DNA of 53,168 bases from Polyangiaceae bacterium. GTDB taxonomy: Bacteria; Myxococcota_A; Polyangia; Polyangiales; Polyangiaceae. Below the pieces are notes generated by a model. That model was not told the DNA's origin. It saw only the letters and a program-made list of their open reading frames with translations, and did no database searches. Location of the stretch: positions 1 to 53,168 of the forward strand of contig DATGJA010000433.1 of the NCBI GenBank assembly GCA_035295445.1. Reading direction: 5' to 3'. How positions within the stretch are numbered: the first letter of the stretch is position 1; each line of letters starts with the position of its first letter. The translations under genes and the position numbers were made by a program. Below are positions 9,347-20,723 of the stretch, in pieces.

Positions 9347-9988
9347 TCAGAACTCGTCGGCCTTGGCCCGCCCCCGGTCGAGGGTCAGCGTCTCGTGCGC
9401 AATCGCGCGCCCGAACGGCGCGTCGTGGGTGATGACGACGACGATGGCCCCCCTGCGAGCCTCATCGCGCAAGACCCCCGTCAACCGATCGGTCGATTGA
9501 GTGTCTAGCCCCGTCGTGGGCTCATCCAGCAGAAGCAACCGCGGCGCGTGCAGAAGCGCCCGGGCGAGGGCAATACGCTGGCGCTGGCCGCGCGAGTAGC
9601 TGCGAACGGGTCTACCCAAGAAGGCGCCCAGATCGAATCGCTGGACGGCGCGCGCCAGCGCCGCTTCCGGCTCGAGACCCACGAGCCTCGCGGCGAGTGC
9701 GATGTTCTCGCGCCCCGTCAAATCTGGATAGCAGAGCGACTCGTGGCCGAGCCAACCGAGCGTGCGGCGCACCTGCTCCCGGTGCGCACCAAGCTCACCG
9801 TGGTCGACCTTTCCCGACGTCGGACGGGCGAGCGTGCCTACGATTGCTAGCAGCGTCGACTTGCCCGACCCGTTCGGACCTTGGATGACAGTCACGCGGC
9901 CCTGGCAAAATCGCCACGAAACGCCGAGGAGCGCCCGGACCGGCCCATAGGACTTGGTCACCCCCTGGAGCTCGACGACCGCGGCCAC
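9347..9988 (-). CDS. ABC transporter ATP-binding protein (CcmA-like size), no adjacent permease
   Basis: Walker A GPNGSGKSTLL, signature YSRGQRQRIALARAL, Walker B LLLLDEPTTGLD and H-loop ITHD. It is 213 aa. Confidence 0.85.
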   Translation of the reverse strand: MAAVVELQGVTKSYGPVRALLGVSWRFCQGRVTVIQGPNGSGKSTLLAIVGTLARPTSGKVDHGELGAHREQVRRTLGWLGHESLCYPDLTGRENIALAARLVGLEPEAALARAVQRFDLGAFLGRPVRSYSRGQRQRIALARALLHAPRLLLLDEPTTGLDTQSTDRLTGVLRDEARRGAIVVVITHDAPFGRAIAHETLTLDRGRAKADEF

Positions 9989-10083
9989 GCCGCATCGTGC
10001 GTCGCCGCGCCCCCCAAGCGCAATCGCGGAAAGCCCTCAGCGCGCAAAGCTCGACCTCGCCGCGCCGTGCTAATGTGGGCATC

Positions 10084-11046
10084 ATGTCGGCCGTCGCAGC
10101 CCGCATCGATCAGGAGCTCCCGGCGCTCCAAACACTGCGACAGGCTGTAGAGGGGGCGCTCGAGGGCAAGCACGACGCCGTCGAGCTCGCGCTCATCGCA
10201 CTCCTTGCGCGCGGTCACCTGCTCATCGAAGACGTGCCCGGCGTTGGAAAAACGACGCTCGCCCGCGCGCTCGCGAAGGCCGTCGGCGGAGAGCTGCGCC
10301 GCGTCCAGTTCACGAGCGATCTGCTGCCGAGCGACGTCCTTGGCGTCAGCGTCTACGATCAGCGGCGCGGGGAGTTCGTCCTGCGCCAAGGCCCCATCTT
10401 CGCGAACATCCTCCTCGCCGACGAGATCAACCGCGCGAGCCCGCGCACGCAATCCGCGCTGCTCGAAGCGATGAACGAGGGACAGGTCTCGCTCGACGGG
10501 CAGACCATCCCACTCCCGGAACCGTTTTTCGTAATTGCGACACAGAACCCCCAGGACTTCGCGGGAACCTTCCCGCTCCCCGAGTCCCAGCTCGATCGCT
10601 TCCTCCTGCGGGTGCGAATCGGCTATCCGCCGCCGCAGGTCGAGATGCGCCTCGTCCTCGACGGACATACGGACACCGCGCGGGGCGTCCCCTGCGTCCT
10701 CGATCCCGCCCGCCTCGTCGCGCTGCAGCTCGACGTCGAGCGCGTCACCATCGACGGCGCCCTCGCCAACTACCTTCACGCGCTCATCATGGCGACGCGC
10801 AACTCTCCGCTCCTGTCGCTCGGGGCGTCCACGCGCGCCGCGATGGCCCTCGGCCACGCCTCGCGGGCGCGCGCGCTGCTGCGCGGTAGGCACTACTGCA
10901 TCGCGGACGACATCCACGAGCTGGCGGTCCCCGTCCTTTCGCATCGCATCCGCCTGGCGACGCAAGCGGACGGCTTCGTCCCCACGCGCGACGAAGCCGA
11001 GTCGGCGCTGCGAGAGATCGTCGGACGCATTCCCGTTCCGCTCTGA
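10084..11046 (+). CDS. moxR: MoxR-family AAA+ ATPase
   Basis: GHLLIEDVPGVGKTTLARALA, LLADEINRASPRTQSALLEAMNEGQVS and FFVIATQNPQDFAGTFPLPESQLDRF. Confidence 0.9.
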   Translation: MSAVAARIDQELPALQTLRQAVEGALEGKHDAVELALIALLARGHLLIEDVPGVGKTTLARALAKAVGGELRRVQFTSDLLPSDVLGVSVYDQRRGEFVLRQGPIFANILLADEINRASPRTQSALLEAMNEGQVSLDGQTIPLPEPFFVIATQNPQDFAGTFPLPESQLDRFLLRVRIGYPPPQVEMRLVLDGHTDTARGVPCVLDPARLVALQLDVERVTIDGALANYLHALIMATRNSPLLSLGASTRAAMALGHASRARALLRGRHYCIADDIHELAVPVLSHRIRLATQADGFVPTRDEAESALREIVGRIPVPL

Positions 11047-11061
11047 GCCCGGCCTCCGCCG

Positions 11062-12087
11062 ATGACCGGCTCGCCCCCCGCACCCCGCTCGTTCGCGCGC
11101 TGGCTGGCCGCCTGGCGCCAGCGGATGCGTCCACCCCGGCGCCTCAAGTTCACCCGCGAGGGCAAGTTCTTCGTCGGGACTACGCTCGGGGTGGGCTTCG
11201 CCGCGATTAATACGGCCAACAACCTTCTCTACCTGCTCCTCGGGATGCTCCTCGCGCTCATCGTGGTCAGCGGGATCATGAGCGAGCTGTCGCTCCGTGA
11301 CCTCACCGTGGTGCGGCGCCTCCCGCTCCGGGCGCAGGTCGGCCGAGCGCATCTCGTCGAAATCGAAGTCTTCAATCACAAGCACCGCGTGCCCTCGTAC
11401 GCGATCGAGGTCGAGGACCTTCGGGCGGGACAGCCGGCGGACAAGCGCTGCTTCTTCCTAAAGATCAGCCCGAAGTCGGCCCAGGTCGCGGCGTACCGGC
11501 GCACCCCTACGCGGCGCGGTCGAGACATGCACGTCGGCTTTCGCATCGCCACGCGCTTTCCGTTCGGCCTCTTCGAGAAGTCCCGCGAGGTTCCCGCCAC
11601 CGGAGAGCTCATCATTTACCCGGCCGTCGACCCCGTGCAGCTCCCGCCGCCGCCGCCTGGCCGGGCGCCGGGCGCGGACCACATCGTCGGGCGAGGATAC
11701 GGCGAGGAGTTCCTCGGGTTGAAGATGATGCGACCGGGCGAAGACCCCCGCGACATCCACTGGCGCAAGACCGCGGCCACCGGCCAGATGGTCATGCGCG
11801 AACGCGCCCGCGAGACGCGCCCGGACGTCGCGCTCAAGCTCGACACGTCGCCTCCGGCGGGCGCGACCGACGACTGGAACGCCGGCTTCGAGAGGCGGAT
11901 CCGGGACATCGCCTCGCGCGCCGTCGCGCACCTCAAACGCGGCGATCGCGTCGCGATCTGGATGTCGAGCGGCGCGGTCGCGCGGGCGGATCGGGCCGTC
12001 GGTGCCGACCCTCTGCTGCGGTGCCTCGCCCTCCTCGAGCCCACCGCCTCCCTCGACGGACGACCGTCCGAGCACCCCGCGTCATGA
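11062..12087 (+). CDS. DUF58-family protein (MoxR partner)
   Basis: N-terminal double-TM segment (FFVGTTLGVGFAAINTANNLLYLLLGMLLALIVVSGI) and a DPRDIHWRKTA motif typical of DUF58. Its stop overlaps the next start as ATGA at 12084-12087. Confidence 0.8.
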   Translation: MTGSPPAPRSFARWLAAWRQRMRPPRRLKFTREGKFFVGTTLGVGFAAINTANNLLYLLLGMLLALIVVSGIMSELSLRDLTVVRRLPLRAQVGRAHLVEIEVFNHKHRVPSYAIEVEDLRAGQPADKRCFFLKISPKSAQVAAYRRTPTRRGRDMHVGFRIATRFPFGLFEKSREVPATGELIIYPAVDPVQLPPPPPGRAPGADHIVGRGYGEEFLGLKMMRPGEDPRDIHWRKTAATGQMVMRERARETRPDVALKLDTSPPAGATDDWNAGFERRIRDIASRAVAHLKRGDRVAIWMSSGAVARADRAVGADPLLRCLALLEPTASLDGRPSEHPAS

Positions 12088-14288
12088 GGTTCGGCTTCGT
12101 CCACCGCTTGATGACCGACGCTTTGGCGACGCTCGGCGTCCTCGCCGTGGTCAGCACGGCGTCGCTCTCGCCGTGGACGAATATCCTCCTGCTCGTGGGC
12201 CTCGCCGGGGCCCTCGTCATCCCCGACTCGTGGCAGGGCCGTCCTTGGCTGCGTCACTTCGCCACCATCGCGCCGCTCTCCCTGCTCATCGTCCAGGGCG
12301 TACGCCTGCTCGGGGGCCGGTCGCCGCTCGACGTCGCGGTCGAATTTGCCGCCCTGTTGCAGATCGTCCGACTGGCCACACGGCGCGGGGCCGCCCACGA
12401 CCAGCAGATAATCATCCTGGCCCTGCTGCACTTCGTCGCTGGGACGGTCCTCGGCGGGGGGCTCACGTACGGCCTGTGTTTCCTCGGCTTCTTGGTGGTC
12501 GCGCCCGGCGCGCTTGTGCTCAGCCACCTTCGACGCGAGGTCGAGGGCAACTACCGCCAAGGCGCGCGCGATCGCACGGGCCTCCCCGTCGACGTCCCGC
12601 GCATCCTGCGCAGCCGCCGGGTGGTCGGCCGCGGGTTCCTGGTCGCCACGTGTTGCCTCTCGGTCCCCATTCTCCTCTTCACCGCGACGCTTTTCCTGCT
12701 GTTCCCCCGCATCGGTCTGTCGTTGCTCCTGCTCAGTCATTCGCACACGGGGCGCATGATAGGCTTCTCCGAGCACGTCGATCTCGGCGATGTCGGTGTC
12801 CTGCGCGACGACCCCACGGTCGCGCTGCGATTCGAGGTGCGTGACCTCGCCGAGCCGCCGACGCGGCTTACCCTCCGCCTTCGCGGCACGGCGTTCGATG
12901 CGTACGACGGGCGCGCGTGGAGCCGCACGGGGCGCGATCCGGTGCGGCCCCCCACGCTCGCGGACCGGAGCTCGGACGCGAACAACGAGATCTTCGACAT
13001 CTTCCGCGGCCCGGACCCGGTCCACGACCGAGTCATCTCCTTCGACCTCGAGCCCATCGACCCGCCCGTGGTCTTCCTCCCCCCGCGTGCCGTGGCCCTG
13101 CGCCTTCGGATGCCGAATCAGACGTTGCTCGGCGAGCCGCTCACCATTCAGCGCGGCCCGGAGGACGAGCTCCGCTACACCGGCTCCGACGCGCGCGGGC
13201 TCCGCTACGATACGTACCTTGCGAGCGACCGCGAGGTTCTGGTGCAGCTCCTGCCCACCGCCGAGCGCGCGCGCTACATGACCCTACCGGCCGGCCTGCC
13301 TTCGCGCATCGGGGATCTGGCGCACCAGTGGACGGACTCCGAGAGCGGCGCGGAGGCGAAGGCGCTCGTCATCCAGGACCGTTTGCGCAAGGAGTTCGGG
13401 TACGACCTGCACTCTCCCTCGGCAGGCAAGCCGCAGCCCGTCGATCATTTCCTCTTCGAATCGCGGCGCGGCCACTGCGAATTCTTCTCGACCGCCATGG
13501 CTTTGATGCTCCGGGCCGTCGGAATCCCGTCGCGCAACGTCACGGGGTTTGTCGGGGGAACCTGGAACCGCTTCGGCAAGTACTACGCGGTGCGCGAGGG
13601 GGACGCTCACTCGTGGGTCGAAGCCTACATCGACGATCCGTTCCGGCCCGGTTGGCACACCTTCGACCCGACGCCGACGAGCGCCGCGCAACCGCTGGAG
13701 CCGCCGGGCGGGGTCTACTACTACCTGCGCGATTTCGTAGAGGCCCTCTCACAGCGCTGGAACACGTACGTGGTCGGCTACGACCTGCGCAAGCAGGTCC
13801 GGCTCTTCGACGAGGTCAAGCGCCGCTACGACAGTCTCCGCTCGAAGTCCGGCCTGTCCACCGGGCCTCTCGATGCCTTGACGCGGGCGCCGGCGGCCGC
13901 CGGCGGGACCCTGGTGGTGCTTGCAGGGCTTTACTTGATCTGGAAGCGGCGACGGCGCCCCGCGGGGACTGCCGACGACCGCGACGCCCACCGGCGAGCG
14001 ACCGATGCGCGGGTGGATGCTGCGGCCGCGCTGTATCGGACGCTCGAGACGGCCCTGCAGGCGCAGGGGATCTCGCGACCGCCGTCCTTGCCCCCCTTGA
14101 GGCACGCCCAGGAGCTCCAATCCCGCAGCCACCCGCTGGCGACCGAGGTGCTCTCGCTTACGCTCGTGTATCTCGAGACGCGCTTCGGGGGGGTCGCGTT
14201 AAGCGACGGGGTGCGAAAGGACTTCGAGCGGCGCACCCGCGAAATTCGCTCGTTCCGCACGCCGTCTACGGCGCCGCCGGCCGAGTGA
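12084..14288 (+). CDS. membrane transglutaminase-like protein (TgpA-like)
   Basis: Multi-TM N-terminal domain. The transglutaminase core is RRGHCEFFSTAMALMLRAVGIPSRNVTGF ... GDAHSWVEAYI ... WHTFDPT (Cys-His-Asp), followed by a late TM helix. Confidence 0.85.
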   Translation: MRFGFVHRLMTDALATLGVLAVVSTASLSPWTNILLLVGLAGALVIPDSWQGRPWLRHFATIAPLSLLIVQGVRLLGGRSPLDVAVEFAALLQIVRLATRRGAAHDQQIIILALLHFVAGTVLGGGLTYGLCFLGFLVVAPGALVLSHLRREVEGNYRQGARDRTGLPVDVPRILRSRRVVGRGFLVATCCLSVPILLFTATLFLLFPRIGLSLLLLSHSHTGRMIGFSEHVDLGDVGVLRDDPTVALRFEVRDLAEPPTRLTLRLRGTAFDAYDGRAWSRTGRDPVRPPTLADRSSDANNEIFDIFRGPDPVHDRVISFDLEPIDPPVVFLPPRAVALRLRMPNQTLLGEPLTIQRGPEDELRYTGSDARGLRYDTYLASDREVLVQLLPTAERARYMTLPAGLPSRIGDLAHQWTDSESGAEAKALVIQDRLRKEFGYDLHSPSAGKPQPVDHFLFESRRGHCEFFSTAMALMLRAVGIPSRNVTGFVGGTWNRFGKYYAVREGDAHSWVEAYIDDPFRPGWHTFDPTPTSAAQPLEPPGGVYYYLRDFVEALSQRWNTYVVGYDLRKQVRLFDEVKRRYDSLRSKSGLSTGPLDALTRAPAAAGGTLVVLAGLYLIWKRRRRPAGTADDRDAHRRATDARVDAAAALYRTLETALQAQGISRPPSLPPLRHAQELQSRSHPLATEVLSLTLVYLETRFGGVALSDGVRKDFERRTREIRSFRTPSTAPPAE

Positions 14289-14324
14289 CGCACCACTCGT
14301 GCTCGAGCCTGCAGGCGCGCTTCG

Positions 14325-14368
14325 GTGTGTCGTCCGAACTCTCGCTTTGCTCGAGCCTGCGGACTAAG
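14325..14368. repeat. intergenic repeat family, copy B
   Basis: gtgtgtcgtccgaactcTCGCTTTGCTCGAGCCTGCGGACTaag lies between the TgpA-like stop (14288) and the minus-strand stop at 14370. Confidence 0.8.
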
Positions 14369-14369
14369 C

Positions 14370-14840
14370 TTACGCGCGGCGATCGAGGCTGATCTGCACG
14401 ACGTCTTTGGGCGCGCCGCGCCTAACCACGCCATATACGTTTCCCCGACGTGGACGGGCGGTTCGCCCGTCGAACTCCAGGTCCGGCTGCCCGCTCTCGA
14501 TCCAAGCGACGATGACCGGGCGACCGCCCGGAGCGCCGTCGGAGCCGCGGCGAATCTCGACCAGGTTCACGTTGACGCCCTGGCGCAGCTCGTCGGCCGT
14601 CACGGCGCGTTGCATGCTGCCCACGGGGCGCGCGTTCTGCCCGGGAACGCGGCCGTCGGTCTCGTCGTATGTCTGGACGACCAATCGGTAGGACGTGCCC
14701 TCCAAAAGACCCTCGGCCTTCACCTCGGCGCGCACTGTGCCCGCCGCGTCCCCGAGCGTCGTCGCGGCGAGAAGCGCCAGCCACGACCCGGCGGCCGCCG
14801 TTCGCGGCGGCTTCTGCTCGGGGCGCGTTCGCGAGGCCAT
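14370..14840 (-). CDS. exported hypothetical protein
   Basis: The first ATG (14838-14840) gives MASRTRPEQKPPRTAAAGSWLALLAATTLGDAAG, which looks like a signal peptide. The track start at 14906 is a TTG. No motif is recognised. Confidence 0.55.
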   Translation of the reverse strand: MASRTRPEQKPPRTAAAGSWLALLAATTLGDAAGTVRAEVKAEGLLEGTSYRLVVQTYDETDGRVPGQNARPVGSMQRAVTADELRQGVNVNLVEIRRGSDGAPGGRPVIVAWIESGQPDLEFDGRTARPRRGNVYGVVRRGAPKDVVQISLDRRA

Positions 14841-15188
14841 CGCGCCGGGATAATGCGAATCTCGTGCCGGCCATCCTCGCTTGAGGCGGCGCCCGAGCAC
14901 GTCCAACGAGTTTCTTTGCCCTTTCTCGCGCTTGCGTTCCGTGGATACCTTGCTCCACAGTTTTTACGACGCTTCTGCCGACGCCTGCGCCTTTGTACGC
15001 AAGTAGGTGAGATCTCGACCGGAATCCCCCACGGGGGGGTGTCCGAAGAACGGCAGGCTGTCGTTCGTCAGACGCGGCGTACTTTGCCTCGGTCGCGACA
15101 ATCCGATCTCACTCGGGCACACGCCTGCGCACTCTGGGGTCAAGTCCGCGGGCGGCGTGCCGGAGCCTCGAGGTCAGCGGGGACCGGG

Positions 15189-17804
15189 TCAGTTGCGAAA
15201 GTGACTCGTGAACGAGAGATCACCGGTCGCGGCCCGATCCACTACGACCCGGGTCCCCTGGAGGAATTCGCCCGCCAGGACCTTCTTGGCCAGCGGGTCC
15301 TCGACCCACCGCTGGATGGCGCGCTTGAGCGGGCGGGCGCCATACTGCGGGTCCCAGCCGACCTCGGCCAGGTACTGCTTAGCGCGATCCGTCACCTCCA
15401 GCGTCAAGTCGCGACGCGCCGCCCGCGACGCGAAACGCTGCAGCTGAATGTCGACGATACGGCGAATCTGGGATCGCTCGAGCCGATTGAAGACGACGAG
15501 TTCGTCCAGGCGGTTCAAGAACTCCGGGCGGAAGACCTTCCTCACTTCCTCGAGGACCGCCAGGCGTACGAGCTCGTGCCGTGCCTCGGCCTCGAGACCG
15601 GGCCTCTCGTCGATGGCTTGGATATGAACGGACCCGATGTTGCTCGTAAGAATGATCACCGTGTTCTTGAAGTCGACCGTGCGTCCTTGGCCGTCGGTCA
15701 AGCGGCCGTCGTCGAGCACCTGAAGAAGTACGTTCCACACGTCGGCGTGCGCTTTCTCCACCTCGTCGAAGAGAAGGACCGAGTACGGTCGGCGGCGGAC
15801 CGGCTCGGTAAGCTGGCCGCCCTCTTCGTATCCGACATATCCGGGCGGCGCCCCGATGAGGCGCGCCACCGCGTGCTTCTCCATGTACTCGCTCATGTCG
15901 AGGCGAATCATCGCGCGCTCGTCGTCGAACAGGAACTCGGCAACGGCGCGGGCCAGCTCCGTCTTGCCCACGCCGGTCGGGCCAAGGAAGAGAAAGCTGC
16001 CAATGGGCCGATTCGGATCCCCGAGGCCCGCACGCGATCGTCGCACGGCGTTGGCGACCGCCTCTACCGCGGCGTCCTGCCCCACGACGCGCTTCTTGAG
16101 CTCCTCTTCCATCTGGAGGAGCTTCTGAAGTTCGCCTCGCATCATCTTGGAGACGGGAATGCCCGTCCACTTCGACACGATCGCGGCGATGTCCTGGTCG
16201 GTCACCTCTTCGCGTAGGTAGCTCGTCTTCTCCTGCACCTTGGCGAGCGTCTTGCGAAGGTCCTCGACCTTCCGTTCAAGTTCAGGGATACGCCCGTAGC
16301 CTATCTCGGCGGCGCGCCCGAGGTCGCCCTTGCGCTGGGCTTGCTCCGCCTCGTGCCTCAGGCGCTCGATCTCGGGCTGCGCCTTTCGAATCTCCTCGAT
16401 GACCTCGCGCTCCCTCTGCCATTGCGCGCGCATGGCACTCGAACTCTCCTCGAGCTCCGCGATCTGTCGTTTCACGTCGTCGAGCCGCGCGCGGCTACCG
16501 GGGTCGCGCTCCTTCTTGAGCGCCTGCGCCTCGATCTGAAGCTGCGTCAGCTTGCGCTGAACGGCGTCGATCTCGGCAGGCATGCTGTCCACTTCTATCT
16601 TGATCTTGGCGGCCGCCTCGTCGACGAGGTCGATGGCCTTGTCCGGCAGAAACCGGTCCGTCACATACCGATCGCTCAGCGTGGCGGCGGCGACGAGAGC
16701 CGCATCTTGGATGCGGATCCCGTGGTGCACCTCGTAGCGCTCCTTGAGGCCCCGCAGGATCGCGATCGTATCCGCGACCGTGGGCTGCGAGACCAGCACG
16801 GGCTGGAAGCGGCGCTCCAGGGCGGCGTCCTTTTCGATGCGCTTGCGATACTCGTCGAGCGTCGTCGCCCCGATGCAGCGGAGCTCTCCGCGAGCTAGCG
16901 CCGGCTTGAGGAGGTTTGCCGCGTCCATCGCGCCTTCGGCGGCACCGGCGCCGACGATCGTGTGAAGCTCGTCGATGAACAGGATGATCTGGCCCTTCGA
17001 CGCCTCGACCTCCTTGAGAACCGCCTTGAGTCGCTCTTCGAACTCTCCGCGATACTTCGCGCCGGCGACGAGCGCGCCCATGTCCAGCGCGCACAGCCGC
17101 TTGTCCTTAAGCGACTCCGGGACGTCACCCCGCACGATGCGGGCGGCGATGCCCTCCACGATGGCCGTCTTGCCCACGCCCGGCTCACCGATGAGGACGG
17201 GGTTGTTCTTCGTGCGGCGCGAAAGGACCTGCATCACGCGCCTGATCTCTTCGTCGCGGCCAACGACCGGATCGGTCTCGCCCTTCTTAGCGGCCTCCGT
17301 GAGATCACGACAGTACTTCTCGAGCGCCTGAAACTTGCCTTCCGGATCCTGGTCGGTGATGCGCTGCGTCCCGCGCACGCTCGCCAGCGCCGAGAGCAGC
17401 TTCTCGTAGCCGACGCCGCCGTACTGCTCGAGGACGACCATGAGTTCGCGATCGTGCCTCGCCGCGGCCAGCAGGTAGTGCTCCACCGAGACGAACTCGT
17501 CCTTCAGCTGCTTCGCCTCGTCGTCGGCCCTCCGAATGACCTCCAGCGTCCTGCGGGAAAGCCCCGCCTGCGCGCCCCCGCTGACGCGCGGAAACCCCTC
17601 GACGCGGCGGGCGATCGCGTCGCGCAGAGCCGATACGTCGGCTCCGGCCTTTTGCAGCAGCGGCGACGCGACGCCGCCCTCCTGATCGAGCATCGCCGCG
17701 AGCACGTGCTCCGGCTGGAGCTCCGGATTGCCGAGGCGAGACGCGCGGTCCAGGGCGTCCTGAAACGCTTCTCGGCTCTTCGTCGTCATACGGTCCGGGC
17801 GCAT
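15189..17804 (-). CDS. clpB: ATP-dependent chaperone ClpB
   Basis: 871 aa. The N-terminus [14 protein letters not shown] is ClpB-like. It has two AAA+ modules ([13 protein letters not shown] and [13 protein letters not shown]) and a long middle coiled-coil. GAGGAG lies 6 nt upstream of the ATG. Confidence 0.97.
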   Translation of the reverse strand: MRPDRMTTKSREAFQDALDRASRLGNPELQPEHVLAAMLDQEGGVASPLLQKAGADVSALRDAIARRVEGFPRVSGGAQAGLSRRTLEVIRRADDEAKQLKDEFVSVEHYLLAAARHDRELMVVLEQYGGVGYEKLLSALASVRGTQRITDQDPEGKFQALEKYCRDLTEAAKKGETDPVVGRDEEIRRVMQVLSRRTKNNPVLIGEPGVGKTAIVEGIAARIVRGDVPESLKDKRLCALDMGALVAGAKYRGEFEERLKAVLKEVEASKGQIILFIDELHTIVGAGAAEGAMDAANLLKPALARGELRCIGATTLDEYRKRIEKDAALERRFQPVLVSQPTVADTIAILRGLKERYEVHHGIRIQDAALVAAATLSDRYVTDRFLPDKAIDLVDEAAAKIKIEVDSMPAEIDAVQRKLTQLQIEAQALKKERDPGSRARLDDVKRQIAELEESSSAMRAQWQREREVIEEIRKAQPEIERLRHEAEQAQRKGDLGRAAEIGYGRIPELERKVEDLRKTLAKVQEKTSYLREEVTDQDIAAIVSKWTGIPVSKMMRGELQKLLQMEEELKKRVVGQDAAVEAVANAVRRSRAGLGDPNRPIGSFLFLGPTGVGKTELARAVAEFLFDDERAMIRLDMSEYMEKHAVARLIGAPPGYVGYEEGGQLTEPVRRRPYSVLLFDEVEKAHADVWNVLLQVLDDGRLTDGQGRTVDFKNTVIILTSNIGSVHIQAIDERPGLEAEARHELVRLAVLEEVRKVFRPEFLNRLDELVVFNRLERSQIRRIVDIQLQRFASRAARRDLTLEVTDRAKQYLAEVGWDPQYGARPLKRAIQRWVEDPLAKKVLAGEFLQGTRVVVDRAATGDLSFTSHFRN

Positions 17805-17834
17805 CGCATTCTCCTCGCGCGCACACGTTGGCGT

Positions 17835-17861
17835 GACGCCGCCCGTTTTCGAAACGGCGTC
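17835..17861 (-). terminator. GC-rich hairpin downstream of gyrB (candidate terminator, no U-tract)
   Basis: gacgccgcccgttttcgaaacggcgtc. The outer arms GACGCCG/CGGCGTC pair, or alternatively the inner stem CCGTTT/AAACGG. It lies ~100 nt after the gyrB stop and ~30 nt before the clpB ATG. Confidence 0.35.
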
Positions 17862-17890
17862 CGGCGCGCCCCCTCAGGCTCGCGCTCGTG

Positions 17891-17911
17891 CTTAGCTCCC
17901 CCGAAGCTAAG
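17891..17911. promoter_or_regulatory. perfect 7-N7-7 inverted repeat upstream of clpB
   Basis: CTTAGCT-cccccga-AGCTAAG lies 87-107 nt upstream of the clpB ATG. Confidence 0.3.
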
Positions 17912-17962
17912 TCGCCGTCGGGCGAGCGCAAGAGACATGCCCCGTCACGCGTGCTGACTAAT

Positions 17963-20617
<2,655 letters not shown>

Positions 20618-20723
20618 TTATTTCCAGCACTTATGACGCGCACGCCGCGCGGTCGCGACCCCCTGCCGCAGGGACTGCTTCGACGCCCCGTCCCCCTCTG
20701 GCTCGGCCCCCCTCAAGGGCATG

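Noticed and set aside
14325-16217. A 630-aa plus-strand ORF. Similar very long ORFs occur elsewhere (for example 3777..5558 -, 9958..11385 -, 11616..13025 -, 41293..43254 +, 1565..2410 +).
   Set aside because: Each lies antisense to, or out of frame with, a gene that has unambiguous conserved motifs (clpB, aroKB, moxR, DUF58/TgpA, cinA, dapF). Their translations are Arg/Pro/Gly/Ala-rich low-complexity sequence. These are the usual shadow ORFs of a stop-codon-poor, high-GC genome.
17891-17911. CIRCE (HrcA operator) upstream of clpB.
   Set aside because: The outer TTAGC...GCTAA resembles the ends of CIRCE. However, CIRCE has 9-nt arms (TTAGCACTC-N9-GAGTGCTAA) and this repeat has 7-nt arms with an N7 spacer, so the geometry does not fit.
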